A stretch of 64,000 nucleotides of DNA from the human T2T-CHM13v2.0 reference genome, Homo sapiens. The notes below the pieces were generated by a model that was given only the letters and a program-made list of their open reading frames with translations, was not told the DNA's origin and searched no databases. The DNA lies in assembly GCF_009914755.1 (NCBI RefSeq), contig NC_060937.1, one strand, 5' to 3'. The translations under genes were made by a program, and so were the position numbers. Numbering within the stretch: position 1 is the stretch's first letter; the number at the start of each line of letters is the position of its first letter. This document shows, one piece after another, positions 1-13,843 of the stretch.

Positions 1-29
1 GGGTGGAGACACAGAGTCAAACCATATCA
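1..29 (-). mobile_element. 5' tip of a THE1/MST-type MaLR LTR (cut by window edge)
   Basis: gggtggagacacagagtcaaaccatatca is the reverse complement of the MaLR LTR start tgatatggtttg(g)ct...tccccaccc. Confidence 0.7.
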
Positions 30-975
30 GCCACTGGGTGTCCTCTTTCACCCTCTTCCCTCTCTCCCCATTCTTTGCCTTTACTCCTTTGGGTTGGAGC
101 ACAGAAGAGAGTGTGAAAGACATAGGCATAGCCCCCTCTGTGTTGATAATTAAACTAAACTGCCTCTGCCTTCTTGGTATGGGGTTGAAAGTGGCCCCTC
201 AGACCCTGCTGGTGAGGTTGGCACAGTCCCAAGCTGTTCCAAAGGCTCACTCACCTTCTGGCTCCCTCAGCCCTTGCCTGGCTCTCTCCTGCCACATATC
301 TCCAATGTGTGTGCTATGGGAACTCGTGGAGTCTGATTACTAGAGTGAACCTTCTCTGAACTAGACCCTGCAGAGTTCCATGCCTTTCTTCTTAATAAGC
401 AGGCTCTCATCTGGAGTCCTTGCACTGGTTGGGAGCCCACAATCACAGGTGACATTGGTGAGTGACTTAGAGACCACATAGTGTGGAATTCTATCTTATC
501 TATCAAGCCAGCTAATAGAGACTACAGATGAGTGCTCAGTGGTTTTCTTCTGCCCTCTCCTGCCTCCCTGCTTGTTGTCCCCTGCCTTTGGGGGATTAGC
601 CCACAGGTGGACAAATGAACTCAGATCTCCTCAGAGGCAGCAGGAGCAGCCAAGCCGATGCTCATGGGCCTCATCTTTGTGTCACCAGTGCTCAAGGTTG
701 TTGTGAGTTAAACTGGACTTATTTGCCTGAAAAGTTTTCATTGTTTTTAACTAAAAGAGAAAGTAACCCAAAATGCAAATTGTTTTAGAGCACTTTGTCT
801 CCATTCATTCACATCACTTAGACAATGCAACTTTGGCCATCTATGAGAATGTTAAATATCACTGTGTTATAGGGATTTATACCAGGGATATTTATGTATC
901 TGATACCAAGTCTCTCTCTTTAAATTGCTGGTGAAACATTACATTAAGATTAGCTAAAAAAACAGTCTTGTTCTG

Positions 976-1611
976 CTTTTACACTGTTGGTGGGAGTGTA
1001 AATTAGTTCACCCATTGTGGAAGACAGTGTGGCGATTCCTCAAAGATCTGGAACCAGAAATACCATTTGACCCAGCAATCCCATTACTGGGTATATACCC
1101 AAAGGATTATAAATCATTCTATTATAAAGACACATGCACACGTATGTTTATTGCAGCACTATTTATAACTGCAGAGACTTAAAACCAACCCACATGTCCA
1201 TCAATGATAGAGTGAATAAACAAAATGTAGCACATATACATCATAGAATACTATGTAGCCATAAAAAAGAATGAGTTCATGTCTTTGCTGGGACATGGAT
1301 GAAGCTGGAAACCATCATTCTCAGCAAACTAACCCAAGAACAGAAAACCAAACACCGCATGTTCTCACTCATAGGTGGGAGTTGAACAATGAGAACACAT
1401 GGACACAGGGAGGGGAACATCACACAACAGGGCCTGTCAGGGGTTGCGGGGCAAGGGGAGGGAGAGCATTAGGACAAATACCTAATGCATGAGGGGCTTA
1501 AAACCTAGATGATGGGTTGATGGGTGCAGCAAACCACCACAGCACATGCGTAACTCTAACACACCTGCATGTTCTGCACATGTATCCCAGAACTTAAAGT
1601 TAAAAAAAAAA
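976..1611 (+). mobile_element. 5'-truncated LINE-1 3' end (L1PA7/8-like) with poly(A) and TSD
   Basis: ORF2 C-terminal and 3'UTR sequence (ORF 1271-1492 is L1-derived), G-rich 3'UTR tract, A-tail; TSD tcttgttctg at 966-975 and 1613-1622. Confidence 0.95.
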
Positions 1612-1940
1612 TTCTTGTTCTGATTCAGAAGCTTGGTTTAGGCTTCTCTGATTCTTGGTTATCCTGGTCCTACTGATATTCCTCATGCAGCCCTCTCTTT
1701 CTGTCCCCTAGTGTCAAGGCTTGTGCTGAGGCCCTTGCCATTATTTGAAGAAAAGCCTATGACTTTTTAAGCACAGTTAGGCAAAGTTCACATAAAGCAT
1801 TATCTTTTATTTTTTAATCCATGAAGTTTACTATCCATGCTTGCATGAAATAGACCATCAAGGATACTGTATGTTTTCAAATAAGTAGCCAGTTTCCAGT
1901 CTCTAAGAAAAAGTGCTAATTGGTATTCAGTGTGCTAAGG

Positions 1941-2442
1941 CAGCAGACCCCAATGTTTTTGACACCAGGGACCGGTTTCATAGAAGACAATTTTTCCATG
2001 GACTGGTGGCTGGGTGGGGATGGTTTTAGGATGATTCAAGTGCCTTATATTTATTGTACACGTTGTTTCTATTATTATTACATTGTAATATATAATGAAA
2101 TAATTATACAATTATTCATAATGTAGAATCAGTGGAAGACCTGAGCTTGTTTTCCTGCAACTAGATGGTCCCATCTGGAGGTGATGGAAGACAGTGACAG
2201 ATCATCAGGCATCAGATTCTCATAAGGAGTGTGCAACCTAGATCCCACATACGCGCAGTTCAAAATAGGATTCATGCTGTTATGGGAATCTAATGCTGCC
2301 GCTGATCTGACAGGAGGCAGAGCTCAAGCAGTAATGCAAGTGATGGGGAGCAGCTGTAAATAGAGATGAAGCTTCACTCTTGCCTACAGCTCACCCCCTG
2401 CTGTGCAGCTCCGTTCCTAACAGGCCACGGACCAATACTGGC
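1941..2442 (-). mobile_element. MER1A hAT-Charlie DNA transposon
   Basis: Matches recalled MER1A consensus (…gacaccagggaccggtttc…gaagacaatttttccatgg…ctagatggtcccatctgg…gttcctaacaggccacggacc). Confidence 0.9.
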
Positions 2443-2809
2443 TCTTCCCCAGATTTGATGATTTTTCAGCATCTCAGTATTCCCTGATTATTTTTCACAT
2501 CCATACCCTCTTATGGGTCCTTCTTGTCCTGCACTGACCAACCTGGAGTGTGACCATCTGGCGTCAGGGCCTGTTTTTTTAAATAAGATTCTTTTCCTAC
2601 ATCCCCCTCTCCTTCTTTCCCTCCCTTCCTTTCTTCTTTCTTTCTTTCTGATTCAAAAAGTTTTCTGTTTGGTTGTTTTTTTGTTTTATTTTCACAAAAA
2701 TAAGACACTGCAGATTAAATTATAGTCTTCTTTGTTCATCAAGTTTGTACCATTCTACTTTCTTTCCAGATAAACAAGCTCCATAGTGACTTTGGAACAT
2801 ACTCTTCTA

Positions 2810-3940
2810 GTGATGTGAGTGTGTGTTCAAGCATGATATTCATTTCTGTCATTTTTAAATGGACATTGATATTATCACACTTTATGTATGTATGTATTAG
2901 TCTATCGTTTCCTTTTTTATTCACTATTTTATTTTTATTTATTTAATTTAATTTTATTTTTTATTCACTATTGTGTTTTCCAGGTTCATCTGTGTGGATG
3001 AATATATTCGTCAAGGACTGCATTGTTATTTTGTGAATTCTAATTGCCATATTTTTTAGTTGCCCATCTATTTTCTGCCTTCTGGGCTATTTTTCTTTTT
3101 TGGAAAAATACATTTTATTTCCATTATATCAGTGGTTATCACTAAAATTTAACACAGATGTTTAAAAAAATATCTAAACCAGAACCTTAATCCCCCCTCC
3201 TGAACCTTAGAATATTTGAACTCCAAGATCCCCCTCTCCATCTTTCAGGTGATTGTTGTCTAGTATTTCACATGTACCTTCTAAAGCAGTTATTATCACA
3301 GAGAATTATTAGTATTTATAGTCAGTATTTACTCTGAATTTTTAATAAATTTGTAATTTTTTGGCTAAATGTTTTTTCTTTACATGTTTTTCAATATTCT
3401 TCTCCTTCATATGTAGGAAGAATTTTCAGTAAATATCTGTGAGTAGTAAACCCTTTCAATATTTTAACATTCCAGAATATCTTTACTTTGTCTTTATTGC
3501 TGGAGTAATATTTAGTTGCTTATACAATTTTAGGTTGACCTTTTTCCTCAGCATTTGAAAATGTTATTTTATCATTCTGATAACTGCTACTGTTTTAGAT
3601 AACTGCTACTGTTTGAAATTGTAATTGTAATTTCATGGAGGGTGATCTCTGTTTTGCTCTGTAGCAGCCTCTTAGATTTTGTCTTTGTCTTTCTTGTTTT
3701 GTAGTCTCACTCCTAAGTATTCATCCTGCTTAAGGTGCTACTTTTATAAGACTCCTGTCTTTTTTCAAATCTGGAAAAAATTCAGCAATTTTCTCTTCAA
3801 ATATTGCTTTTCCCAATTCTCCGCATTCTCCCCTTGTGAAAATCTTACAGGATATATGTTGGATCTTTTTATTTTGATCCTCTGTGTCTCTTCACTTTGC
3901 TTTCTTTTCTCCTCTGTGCTCCAGTTTGGTCGTTGTACTT
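2810..3940 (-). mobile_element. Old L1M fragments
   Basis: T-rich degenerate sequence typical of antisense L1M ORF1/3' region; boundaries approximate. Confidence 0.5.
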
Positions 3941-3947
3941 ATCCACT

Positions 3948-5004
3948 TGTATTAGTCTACAGGGTTATTTTCATATCAAAATACTACAGACTGGGTGGTT
4001 TAAACAACAGAAATTTATTTCTCAAAGTTCTGTTAGCTCAAAGTCCAAAATCAAGGTGTGGGCATGTTTTGTTGTGAAACTGCCTTCACAAAATTATGAC
4101 AGTAAGAGAAATTTGATATAGCTGACTCCATTTTGTTTCTGACCTCCAAGTTCTCCTTGGTCATTCCTGAACTTATGCCAAGCTTCATCTGGGAGAAATG
4201 TAGTTTATAGTTTAACCCTAAAAGAAAGATAATAGCCCTTCCCAAAACTAAATTAGTTTTGTAAAACTAAATTTAGTAAAAAATCAAATTTACTAAATTT
4301 CGTAAAACTAAAGTTATGAGATTTGTAACTTCCCTGATTACTCCTGTAGATAACATCATTATTGTAGAACCTAAAATTGGCCTTTTGAGATTTTTTTTCA
4401 GACTTTTGCATTTCTGATGACTGATGGCTCCACTGGCCCCATGACTCATGACTCAACTGGTCCTGTGGCCCCCACCCAGAGGCAGACTCAGATTGGAGGA
4501 CTGTTTTCCACACTCCTATGATTTCATCCCCAGCCAGTCAACATTCCCCATTCCCTAACCCCCTTGTCAACCAACTGTCTTTGAAAAACCCTAATCTCCA
4601 AGTCTTTGGAGAGACTGATTTGAGTAATAACTTCATCTCCTGCATGAAATGGCAGCCTCGTATCAATTAAACTTTTCTTTTAGTACACTACCATGATCTC
4701 AGTGAACTGGTTTTGTCGGTGCAGTGGGCAGAAAGAATCTATCAGGCTATTATAGTTTCTTATGAGGCCTCTTTCCCTGGTGTGCAGATGGCCACCTTCT
4801 TGCTGTGCCCTCTGTGCGCATGGACACACGGCCTTTCCTTTGTGTGAACACATCCCTAGTGTCTCTTTGTGTGTCCAAATTTTCTTTTCTTTTAAGGGCA
4901 CCAGTTACACCGCACAAGGGTCCACGCTTCTTTAAGGACCCTGTCTCTAAATACAGTCACATTCTAAACTACTGGGGGTTAGGGCTTCAATTCACCCTTT
5001 AACA
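3948..5004 (-). mobile_element. MLT1A/B-type MaLR solo LTR, interrupted by an LTR8-family element
   Basis: tgtattagt…actacagactgggtggtttaaacaacagaaatttattt…tcaaggtg resumes at 4755 with gtttcttatgaggcctct…gggggttagggcttcaa. Confidence 0.85.
4075..4754 (+). mobile_element. LTR8-family (ERV1) solo LTR nested in MLT1
   Basis: Starts tgaaactgcc…caaaattatgacag; contains gtggcccccacccag and gagactgatttgagtaataa; approximate 4-bp TSD gttg/gttt. Confidence 0.85.
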
Positions 5005-7790
5005 CTATTAATTCACTACTTCTCACTGTCCCTAAATCTATTTTTCTATTCTTTGAGTTATTAAATTTCAGTGACCATAGATTCAATTTCAAGAATATCT
5101 TTTGTTCTTGCAAAGATTTGTTCTTTCCCTCCCCCAACATCTTGAATATCTTTTTGCATTTCTTTCTTTCTTTAAACATTTTAGACGTGTTTATTTTAAA
5201 TCCTCTTTGAGGTGGTCTTGTTATCTTCAGTTCCTGGGAAGGCACATCTTCCAATGAAGTCTCTTTTCCTCTCTTCTTTTGTTTACTTATGTCACTATTA
5301 CAATTTTTATTACTATTATTTTTTACTATGAGCTCCTTGTCATTGGATTGTCTTCTGTGGGGATCTCCTGGGTGTTGGTTACGACTTTAATCTTCAGAGT
5401 AGTTTTATGTTTGCCCACGTTGGGAGCACACTGGGCTTCCACAGTGTCAGACCGCTTTTCTATTACATTCTTAACTTGGTGTTCCTCCACCATGCAAATA
5501 TCAAGAATTCAGACTTCACACATGTGCATGGTACAAGAGGAGGGCTCAGATTTCTCATGAGTGGCTCTTTTCCCCCATATTTCTTAGGGGAAAACAACTG
5601 GAGTTTCCTTTGTGACTTGTCTCCAGGCACTCAAGCTAGAACCAGAACTCCCCCCCGATCAGCCTTCTTTCCCTATGTGTTAGGTCCAATAGAAGGATCA
5701 CCCCTTGGCTTCAGCATTCACTCACTATGGTGACTTGGAGTTTTCTCTTCATTTTTTGGTTTTAAGCTGAACTGTTTTAAATACTTCTTCGTTATATTCA
5801 GCATGTCTATGTTTTAGAGGTTAAAGAGGGGTTTTTTTCCCCCTTCCCTGCTAATGCTTAGTCAATTTTATTGACCCCAAAGACCTGAAGCACTGGATCA
5901 TTGTCAGTGTCATCCGTAATGATGTTTGCTTCATTTAATATAAAATGCAAAAATTCTGCCACTGGCTATAGATGAGTGACATAGGACTATTCCTTCTATT
6001 TAATCGGCTCTGCTGCTGCCTCTCCTGTGAATTGTGTCTACATTCACCTTGGTTGGAGAGCCTTCCTCCTTATGTTTCTTTTGGTAGGAGAATGATTTTC
6101 CTTTTTAATCTATGCTAGGGTGGATCCACCACTGGGCCAGAGCACAAATATGGGCTATTTTCCCTACTCATCTTCCTTCTGGCGGAAATTCAGAATTTTT
6201 AACCCATAATCCTTTCACATCCAGTGTTGGGTGGATTATACTTTGACCCACATTATCTCATATGACCCTCTTAAAATCCAGTGTAGCTATTATTATCTTA
6301 ATTTTATAGATAGAGAAATTGGTGTGCAGGGGATAATTACTTATCCAAGATTAGTAACTAATGAAACTGATGATGACACCCTTTCCTCCATGGAGGAGGA
6401 ACTTCACAAGGAAACGTGGCCCAAATGGAGTTTACTGATTCATTTCCTCATGAGTGACATGAGTAGAACCTCAGGGCTCCTCTCAGCCTAAGAACCTGTA
6501 TTTGTAAGCTCACCAAGAAAACCTCTGCAGGACCATGCCCTTTACTGTGCATATCTGAAACAACATCAAAATTCCTTGGAGGTGATTATGATAATAGATA
6601 CAAGAATAATTCTGAGAAATGCATTCATTTGCTCTCTGAAAAGCTGTGTGTTGTAGTTTTAACCTTCTTGGAATTATTGTCTGAAATTTCTGGGACATAA
6701 TTTTTGGCACCAATTGCTACAGAATCAGAACAAATGGCTTTGTAGACTCAATATGTTTACATGATAATGTGTTAATTTGATAATTTTATATCATGGAATA
6801 TTGCTTATTTTCATCTTCAGAAATGCAATTGGTATACTGATGTAAAATTCATAAAATTCAGAAGATTGCTTTGGCTCTGGTCTTCGTAATAGAAGTTTTG
6901 TGATGCCTTAAAAAAATGTATTAATGTTTTGCCTTGAGGCCCTTGGCTTTCTTTATCATCTCTGTCTCTTCTACCCCTGCAATAAGTGATTCCCTAAAAG
7001 CATCCCTATGTTTTGTGCTATCTTGTTTTGTCCTGTAGAATTAATAAAAAAGGAGCTGTTGGCAGCTTTTGTGGGCAACTCCTCATGTCTTTTTGGGGTC
7101 CCCAGGTGCCTGATGAAGCCACCCCTGTGTCTTTTGCTTCGTTACCTTCTACATGAAAAAGGGAATTAAAAGTCATTTCCACCTGCCCTGCATTTGCCTT
7201 GTGGCTTCAAGAATATGAAAACTAATCAAAAGTGGAAATTGCAGCTTTTTATAACATCTCGCAGCAGGGGCCTTTTCTTTAAAAAGGCAGAAAAAAGAAA
7301 ATGGAACAGAAGAATTGACAGTTAAACTCATAGGGCCCCAAAACCTTCAAAGTTTCATCTCTAGGGTCTTCTGAAAAGAAAAAGCCTGTGCTCTGGAGGT
7401 TTTTACCTCCAGGACTTAATGTACGAAGATGCTTTTGACACTTCAAAGGGGTTTGATGTTTCACAGTTATGGGCAGATTTCCTCAAAGTTGCATTTTGCC
7501 TGATATGCTGTTCAATGTTGTTCTTCACATGGGCGATTTCAGCAAGAGCTACATTCTAACCTCTCTTAGATCTTGAAAATCACTCATCCTGCTATTCTAG
7601 GAAATCTAATCTATCAACAGCTGAAAACTTCACCTAAACACCACGGACTGGGTGAAGAAAGGAAACAGATGATGATTTTTAATTACTGCCTTGAGTCAGG
7701 TGCCCAGAAACGTCTCCCCACTCACTGTCCTGCAAATGGTTTTTAGGGTGTAAGGAGAGCTATGCATATTTTGGTTAGTAAGAGTAAATC

Positions 7791-7799
7791 TGTGTGTGT

Positions 7800-7842
<43 letters not shown>
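7791..7842. repeat. (TG)n microsatellite
   Basis: About 26 TG units with one interruption. Confidence 0.98.
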
Positions 7843-7846
<4 letters not shown>

Positions 7847-8112
7847 GATGTACTCCCTGATTCCTTCTGTGAGCTTCAATTTCATTTTGTCAGCTCCAGG
7901 ATATCTGTTCTCAAGAAAGGAAATTTGAGACACCTGAATTTTGCTGTGTTTATTGCTGTTAATCTTTAGTGCCTCTCCCCTCCAAGTATTTACTGAAAAC
8001 ATTGTGTAACTTATTTGGAAGAATGTCGATACCTGTATAACATTGCTCAGAGAACTTTTAAAAATCCACCAGAGAAAACATCTGACACACAAAAAATATC
8101 TTAAGTCTCATT

Positions 8113-8150
8113 CACACACACACAAACACACACACATACGCACACACACA
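8113..8150. repeat. Imperfect (CA)n microsatellite
   Basis: cacacacacacaaacacacacacatacgcacacacaca. Confidence 0.95.
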
Positions 8151-10595
8151 AATTCCTTGAAAGAAACTCAGAAAACCACGGAAAAAGAAATAAGATTTTG
8201 GATGTTGCTGGAGACAAACTGCATCAGAGAGATTAATTTTAAAAGCATTTTATGGTTTTCACACAGCTTAGCATGGAAGAAGTGACCAGGTCAAGAATGG
8301 TCTTCATTTTTAGTAAATTAGGCAGGATGCTCTGAAGCAGTGGCTTGCTCTGATTCTCTAATTGTCTTTCTAAGCATTGGTTTTATGAAATCTTACTGCC
8401 CATCCTGTTGACAGCATAGCACACAGGGCAGAATTCAAGCTCAGTGTGGATGTGTCCAGCTTCAGGTCAGTGAATCAGTGGCAGGGTCACATCCTGAGTT
8501 TACAACCTTTAAATTATGGTCTCCCTGCTCTACAGCCAGGGAGCTCGGTTTTGCTATTTCAGGATACAAGCTATTGATTTGTGAGGCAATACTTCAACAA
8601 TTAATCAAGAAATAATTATTCATGGAGCATCTTTAATTTGTTGTATATTCCCTGGGACTGATTGGGAGTACCCTTTATCTGTCCTTGCATAGCTGATGCT
8701 AATCTGGTTGGGGAGAAGCTTTGTTTAATATGTATTAGACACTAAGCAATGAGCAAGCTATGCCAGTCAATACTATCAATGTAATTAATGTTGTTAATAT
8801 GCAACTTTCTTTGGGGCTCACATGAGAGTAAGATCTATGAGGGCAGAAACTATATAGGAAGGCTTCCATCAGAAAGGCGATTAAATGAGCCACAGGGAAA
8901 AGGAGATGCATTATTGGCTGGAGTGGGGTGGTAGAACATAGAATAGAATAGCCTACTTAGGAAAAATCATATCTGAATAGAAGTGTAGGTTCATCCTATA
9001 CCTCCACCCTCATGTTCCTGCATAAATCGCCACATAGTCTAAGCTTCAGCTAGGAGCTTAGACCACTTTTGACCATTTATTATTATCTTTATTCATTTTT
9101 ATTCATGTTTTCATTCAATGAAATGAATATTTATGGAATGCCTGCCTAGTGTTAATACTTTACCAGTCACTGAGGGCTCAAGGGTGAGTAAGTGGCCATG
9201 GTTGCATGCTGGTTATGAGCATGGATTTTGGAGTCAAATAGACTTGACTAAGGGCTGTCTCTGATAACTACCAGCTGAACAAATTATTTAAATTCTCAAA
9301 GCATCATTTTTGTCATTAGCAAATAAGAATACCTCACAAGGTTGTTTATAACTAGAATTTTGCCTGGCCTTCCTCCTTATCAGTTTTTCTCTATAGAATA
9401 ATTTCTTCCTCTTTCCTGAAGTTTCGGGATGTTTCCGAAAGTGGAAGCTGTTTGATATGTGTCCTCCAGAGGGCAGTCCCCTGCAGATACTCTCCCAGAT
9501 TCTCAGGACTTTCCTGACTTCTAGCCATCCTATAGACCGGTGTTGAGCTCTTCCTTTGATTCTGTGAATTATTACACATCTGTGTGTATGATATGATCAT
9601 GGTCCTGTGCTTTAGAAACATCTCTCTGATGTGGAAGAAATGAAGCCGGGTATTTTGCCCAATTAGAGCTGCCTAGACTAGCTATAATCTCTCTAATAGT
9701 GATATCCATATGCAGACAGAGACAGATTGAGTAGTCAAAAATGCTTTAGCTAAACCAATAACTCACTCAGCATTTATAGGTTGAAATTAATTATAGGAGA
9801 AATTGGTTCCTGTCTTTTTATAACTTAAGTGGAAAAATATAATCTTCTATAACAAATGTTATAGCGTAAGTGGTTGGACTATTCAACCCTATAACTCAGC
9901 AGTTATATACCTTGGAAGGTCTATTTTTTATCACCTTAAATACTAGTAAACACAGACGCTTTATAAAGTGATAACCAGGAGAAGATGCTGTACATTTGTA
10001 ATCTTTAGAACTCAGCCCCACTTGGCTGGCTGCCAACAATGCTTCCAACTTATTGTGTTTTCATGGCCACAGGAATGTAAACATTCCATAACCTCTTCTT
10101 CCTTGTCATTCCTAGAAGAGCAATTTGAAGGCAGTATTAATAATGCTTCATGTATATATCCCCACAGGGTTACTTTCTCTTTCTTTGCAAGTCCTCATGC
10201 TAAATACTGTCATAACTCACTAATCTATAACCAAGGTCAGTAAAGATTTAAAGAGGATCCTCTTTGATTCTACATTGGACATTCTATAGAGAATCAACTG
10301 AAAACAAGATTGGAGACATTCTGGAGATGACAGTCATCTGAATATGAATAATGGAAATGGGAATGTGTTAAGAAGTACTTACATGATGGACTCAATGAAA
10401 CTTGGTGACTTATTGGGGGAAAGCATTGAGGGAAAATTAGGAAAGAATGAGACCAGGGATAACACCTAGGTTTCTATCTTAGGTAACTCTGGATGATGGT
10501 GACATTATATGAATCGGAGCACAGGTGGGGGAACGTATTGGGGGGTAAGATGATGCAATTCTGTGTGGGCATGCTGCATTTGAGGGCTTGTTAAC

Positions 10596-10870
10596 TGTGT
10601 AGTGTATCAAATATTCTGGTTTCTTCCTCCTGGATCCCCTCTCTGCCTGATGAATGCAGGAGTGACCATGTGGACCTTCCAGGCACAAGGCTTAAGAGCC
10701 AGATGTTTTCCATACAATCTCGGTCTCAGACGAAAAACAACGTAGAGTCTCAACTGATTTGAGATGAGTATGTAGTGTAAGCAAGGCATAAACCTATTTT
10801 TTACCATAAGCTGCTGGAATTTGGGATCATTTATTTCCTCAGCTCAATGTAGCTGATATTTACTGTCACA
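10596..10870 (+). mobile_element. Old MLT1 (H/I/J-type) LTR inside L2 remnants
   Basis: 3' signature ataaacc…taagctgctggaatttggg…cagc…ctg..aca; flanked by L2-like purine-rich sequence. Confidence 0.55.
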
Positions 10871-11034
10871 ACATCTAAGTTACGTCTGTGGAAAAGGCAC
10901 CAACTCTCAGAAGAGACATCAGGACTGAAGACACAGATTTGGAAATCTTCCTTGTTTAGATGGTAGCCATACTTACTACAGGGGGTGCTATTTTCTAGAG
11001 AGATTACAGATAGATTAATAAGAGAAGGGAGTCT

Positions 11035-11770
11035 ATATCAGTGAAGGTCAAACCAAGCCAGAAATAAAGAAACCACATTGGGTATTTAAAACAAAGATAA
11101 TTTAATACAAGGAATTTTGTGCATAAGTAATGAAAGAGCTGAAAAGCTAAACTATGACACAGAGATACCATCCGGAGATTAGCAATAGCAGCAAGTCACC
11201 ACCACCCCTGGCCAGAAGGACAAAGAGAGGAGGGGGTATGACCAGAGACCCGAGTTCAAGGTCTTTGGCAGAAGGTGGGACCACAGCAGGCCTGTTACTG
11301 AGAACTGGAGCCACAGAGTAACACAGCTACTGCTGGAGACACCAGAGGAGACAGACACGGGGGGAGTTAGCCTCCCTGTGATATAGAGAATCACTTACAT
11401 TTTAGACTTGATCTTCCCTGCTACAATTATGTAGCAGTAATCTGATTCCCCCTTGGAAACTAACCTCATTCACCCGAGCCAGTAAAGCAACCTCCTGTCT
11501 GTCTATTGGTTCAAGAACGTGAGGAGCTCAAATAGCCAAGTGACAGTCTCATTTCCAGCTTACTGGGATCCTTGTTGTGTCACTTGGTAGAAACACTCCT
11601 TCCTTGGCTTCAGGGAGAGGAAGCAAAAATTCTACAAGTGTGCTATGAAGTATAAACAGCACCCATGCCCAGTTCCACCACGTGGACCCAGAATGCATGC
11701 ATTGTTGCTATGGGAGAAATAGCATCATATGTTGATGATTCATTCAAAGCATACACTGAGGCCATAACTG
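11035..11770 (-). mobile_element. Old ERVL LTR plus ERVL-internal fragment
   Basis: agaaaccacattgggtatttaaaacaaagataatttaatacaaggaatt LTR-end pattern; ttcccccttggaaact…gggatccttgttgtgtcacttggtagaa resembles ERVL-int. Confidence 0.5.
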
Positions 11771-12324
11771 AATCTTCAGTGGATCTGAGTTGACATTAAT
11801 TTAATCCTTAGGGACATAAAATGTCACAGTAATGTGTGAGTGTCAAAAACACCTAGGGTTAGGCAGCAGTTCTGCCACTTACTAACTCAGGCACTTCACT
11901 TAACTCTTCTGAAACTTATTTTACTTTTGCATTAAATAAAAAAATTTAAAATGCCAACAGGATATTACTTGGGCCAATACATGAATGTTGAAAACACCCA
12001 AGAAAATGACAAATCATGAGGAGGAGAGAAAGACTTTATCAACAACAGCAGGTGGAGAAAAGTTTAGACAAAGAACATGAGCCTCAGAGGTGCAGGAACT
12101 TTACCTTTGTGACTTTGTTAATGTCACTTTGTTTATTTCTTCTGCTGGATGCTTTAGCTGTCATGTAGAATCCTGCTCATCTTTCAAAGATCAGCTCAAA
12201 TGCCACTTCCTCCATGAAGCTTTGCTTAATGGGAGTTATCATCAACAGCAGCTCATAAAATATTTACTGAGGTCTTGCTATGAGTAGGGGTCTGTGCTAA
12301 AATATAATGAGGTCGAGATGTCAA

Positions 12325-12790
12325 GTCAAGTGAAAGAAACCAGTCTGAAAAAGCTGCATACTGTGTGATTCCAACTATAGGACATTCTGGAAAAGGCAAA
12401 ACTATAGAGACTAAAAATACCAGTGGTTTCCAAGGATTTGGGAAAAGAGAGGCAGGATTGAAATGGTAAAACAGAGGGTGTATTTAGGGCAGTGAAACAA
12501 TTCTATATGATACTATAATGGGGGATACCTGACATTATACATTGATCAAAACCCACAGAACTGTATGACACAAAGAGTGAACCCCCATAAACAACTGGCC
12601 TTAGTTAATAATAATGTATCAATATTGGTTCATCAATTGTGACAAATGTACCACACTAATGCAAGATGTTAAGAATAGGAGAAAGTGTTGGGTTGGGGGA
12701 AAGGGGTATATGGCAGCTCTCTGTACTTCCTGGTAAATTTTCTTGTAAACCTGAAACTGCTCTGAAAAAATCAGGTCTATCAATTTAAAA
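12325..12790 (+). mobile_element. L1MC-type 3' end
   Basis: aagtgaaagaaaccagtctgaaaaagct…gacattctggaaaaggcaaaactatagaga…aaactgctct. Confidence 0.9.
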
Positions 12791-13053
12791 ATGATATAAT
12801 GGAGTCTTCTGTCTATTGCTTTAAAATTGTAAATCTTTCTGGAGAAGAAGGTGTCCACAAAATAATTTCCATGAGAGTGTATGCTATATGAGCGTGAACG
12901 CATAGATGGTAATGACAAAAATGTTCAGATAAGTATTCTCTAAGGACTGAGGCAAGGCATTGATGGGAGGGGAGAGCTTGGGTAAGAAGAAAAGAATTAC
13001 AAGGGCGTTCTGAACCAGGCAGGCCATCTGATTAAAAGTGGAGAAAATGGTAA

Positions 13054-13392
13054 TAGTCATGCTTTCCTCAGGGATACATTCTGAGAAATGACTCGTTAGT
13101 AGATTTCATCATTATGTGAACATCATAGAATGTCTTCACACAAGCGTAGATGGAATAACCTACTACACACCTGGGCTATATGGCACAGCCTGTTGCACCT
13201 AGGCTACAAACCTGCACAGCCGGTTACTGCACTGAATTCTGTAGGCAACTGTAACACAATGGTAAGTATTTGTGCATCTAAACATATCACATAGAAAAGG
13301 TACAGTAAAAATATGGTATTATAAGATTATGTGACCACTGTTATATATGTAGTCCATCATTGACTAAAATATTATTATGTGGCACATGACTG
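13054..13392 (+). mobile_element. Tigger3a (MER7A) DNA transposon
   Basis: agtcatgc…cattctgagaaatg…ctaggctacaaacctg…catgactg followed by TA. Confidence 0.9.
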
Positions 13393-13435
13393 TATGTGCG
13401 AAGCCTCCTGCTAACTGTAGAGGAACTTTTAAGTG

Positions 13436-13843
<408 letters not shown>

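Noticed and set aside
38-506. Overlapping ORFs of 101 and 79 aa
   Set aside because: Non-ATG starts, no recognisable domain or splice structure
1439-1462. G-quadruplex motif
   Set aside because: Standard L1 3'UTR G-rich tract, already explained by the element
3579-3614. Short direct duplications (also 20137-20176, ~23104-23137, ~30058-30083) considered as a CRISPR-like or regular array
   Set aside because: Two copies each with no repeat-spacer periodicity; ordinary slippage or repair duplications in eukaryotic DNA
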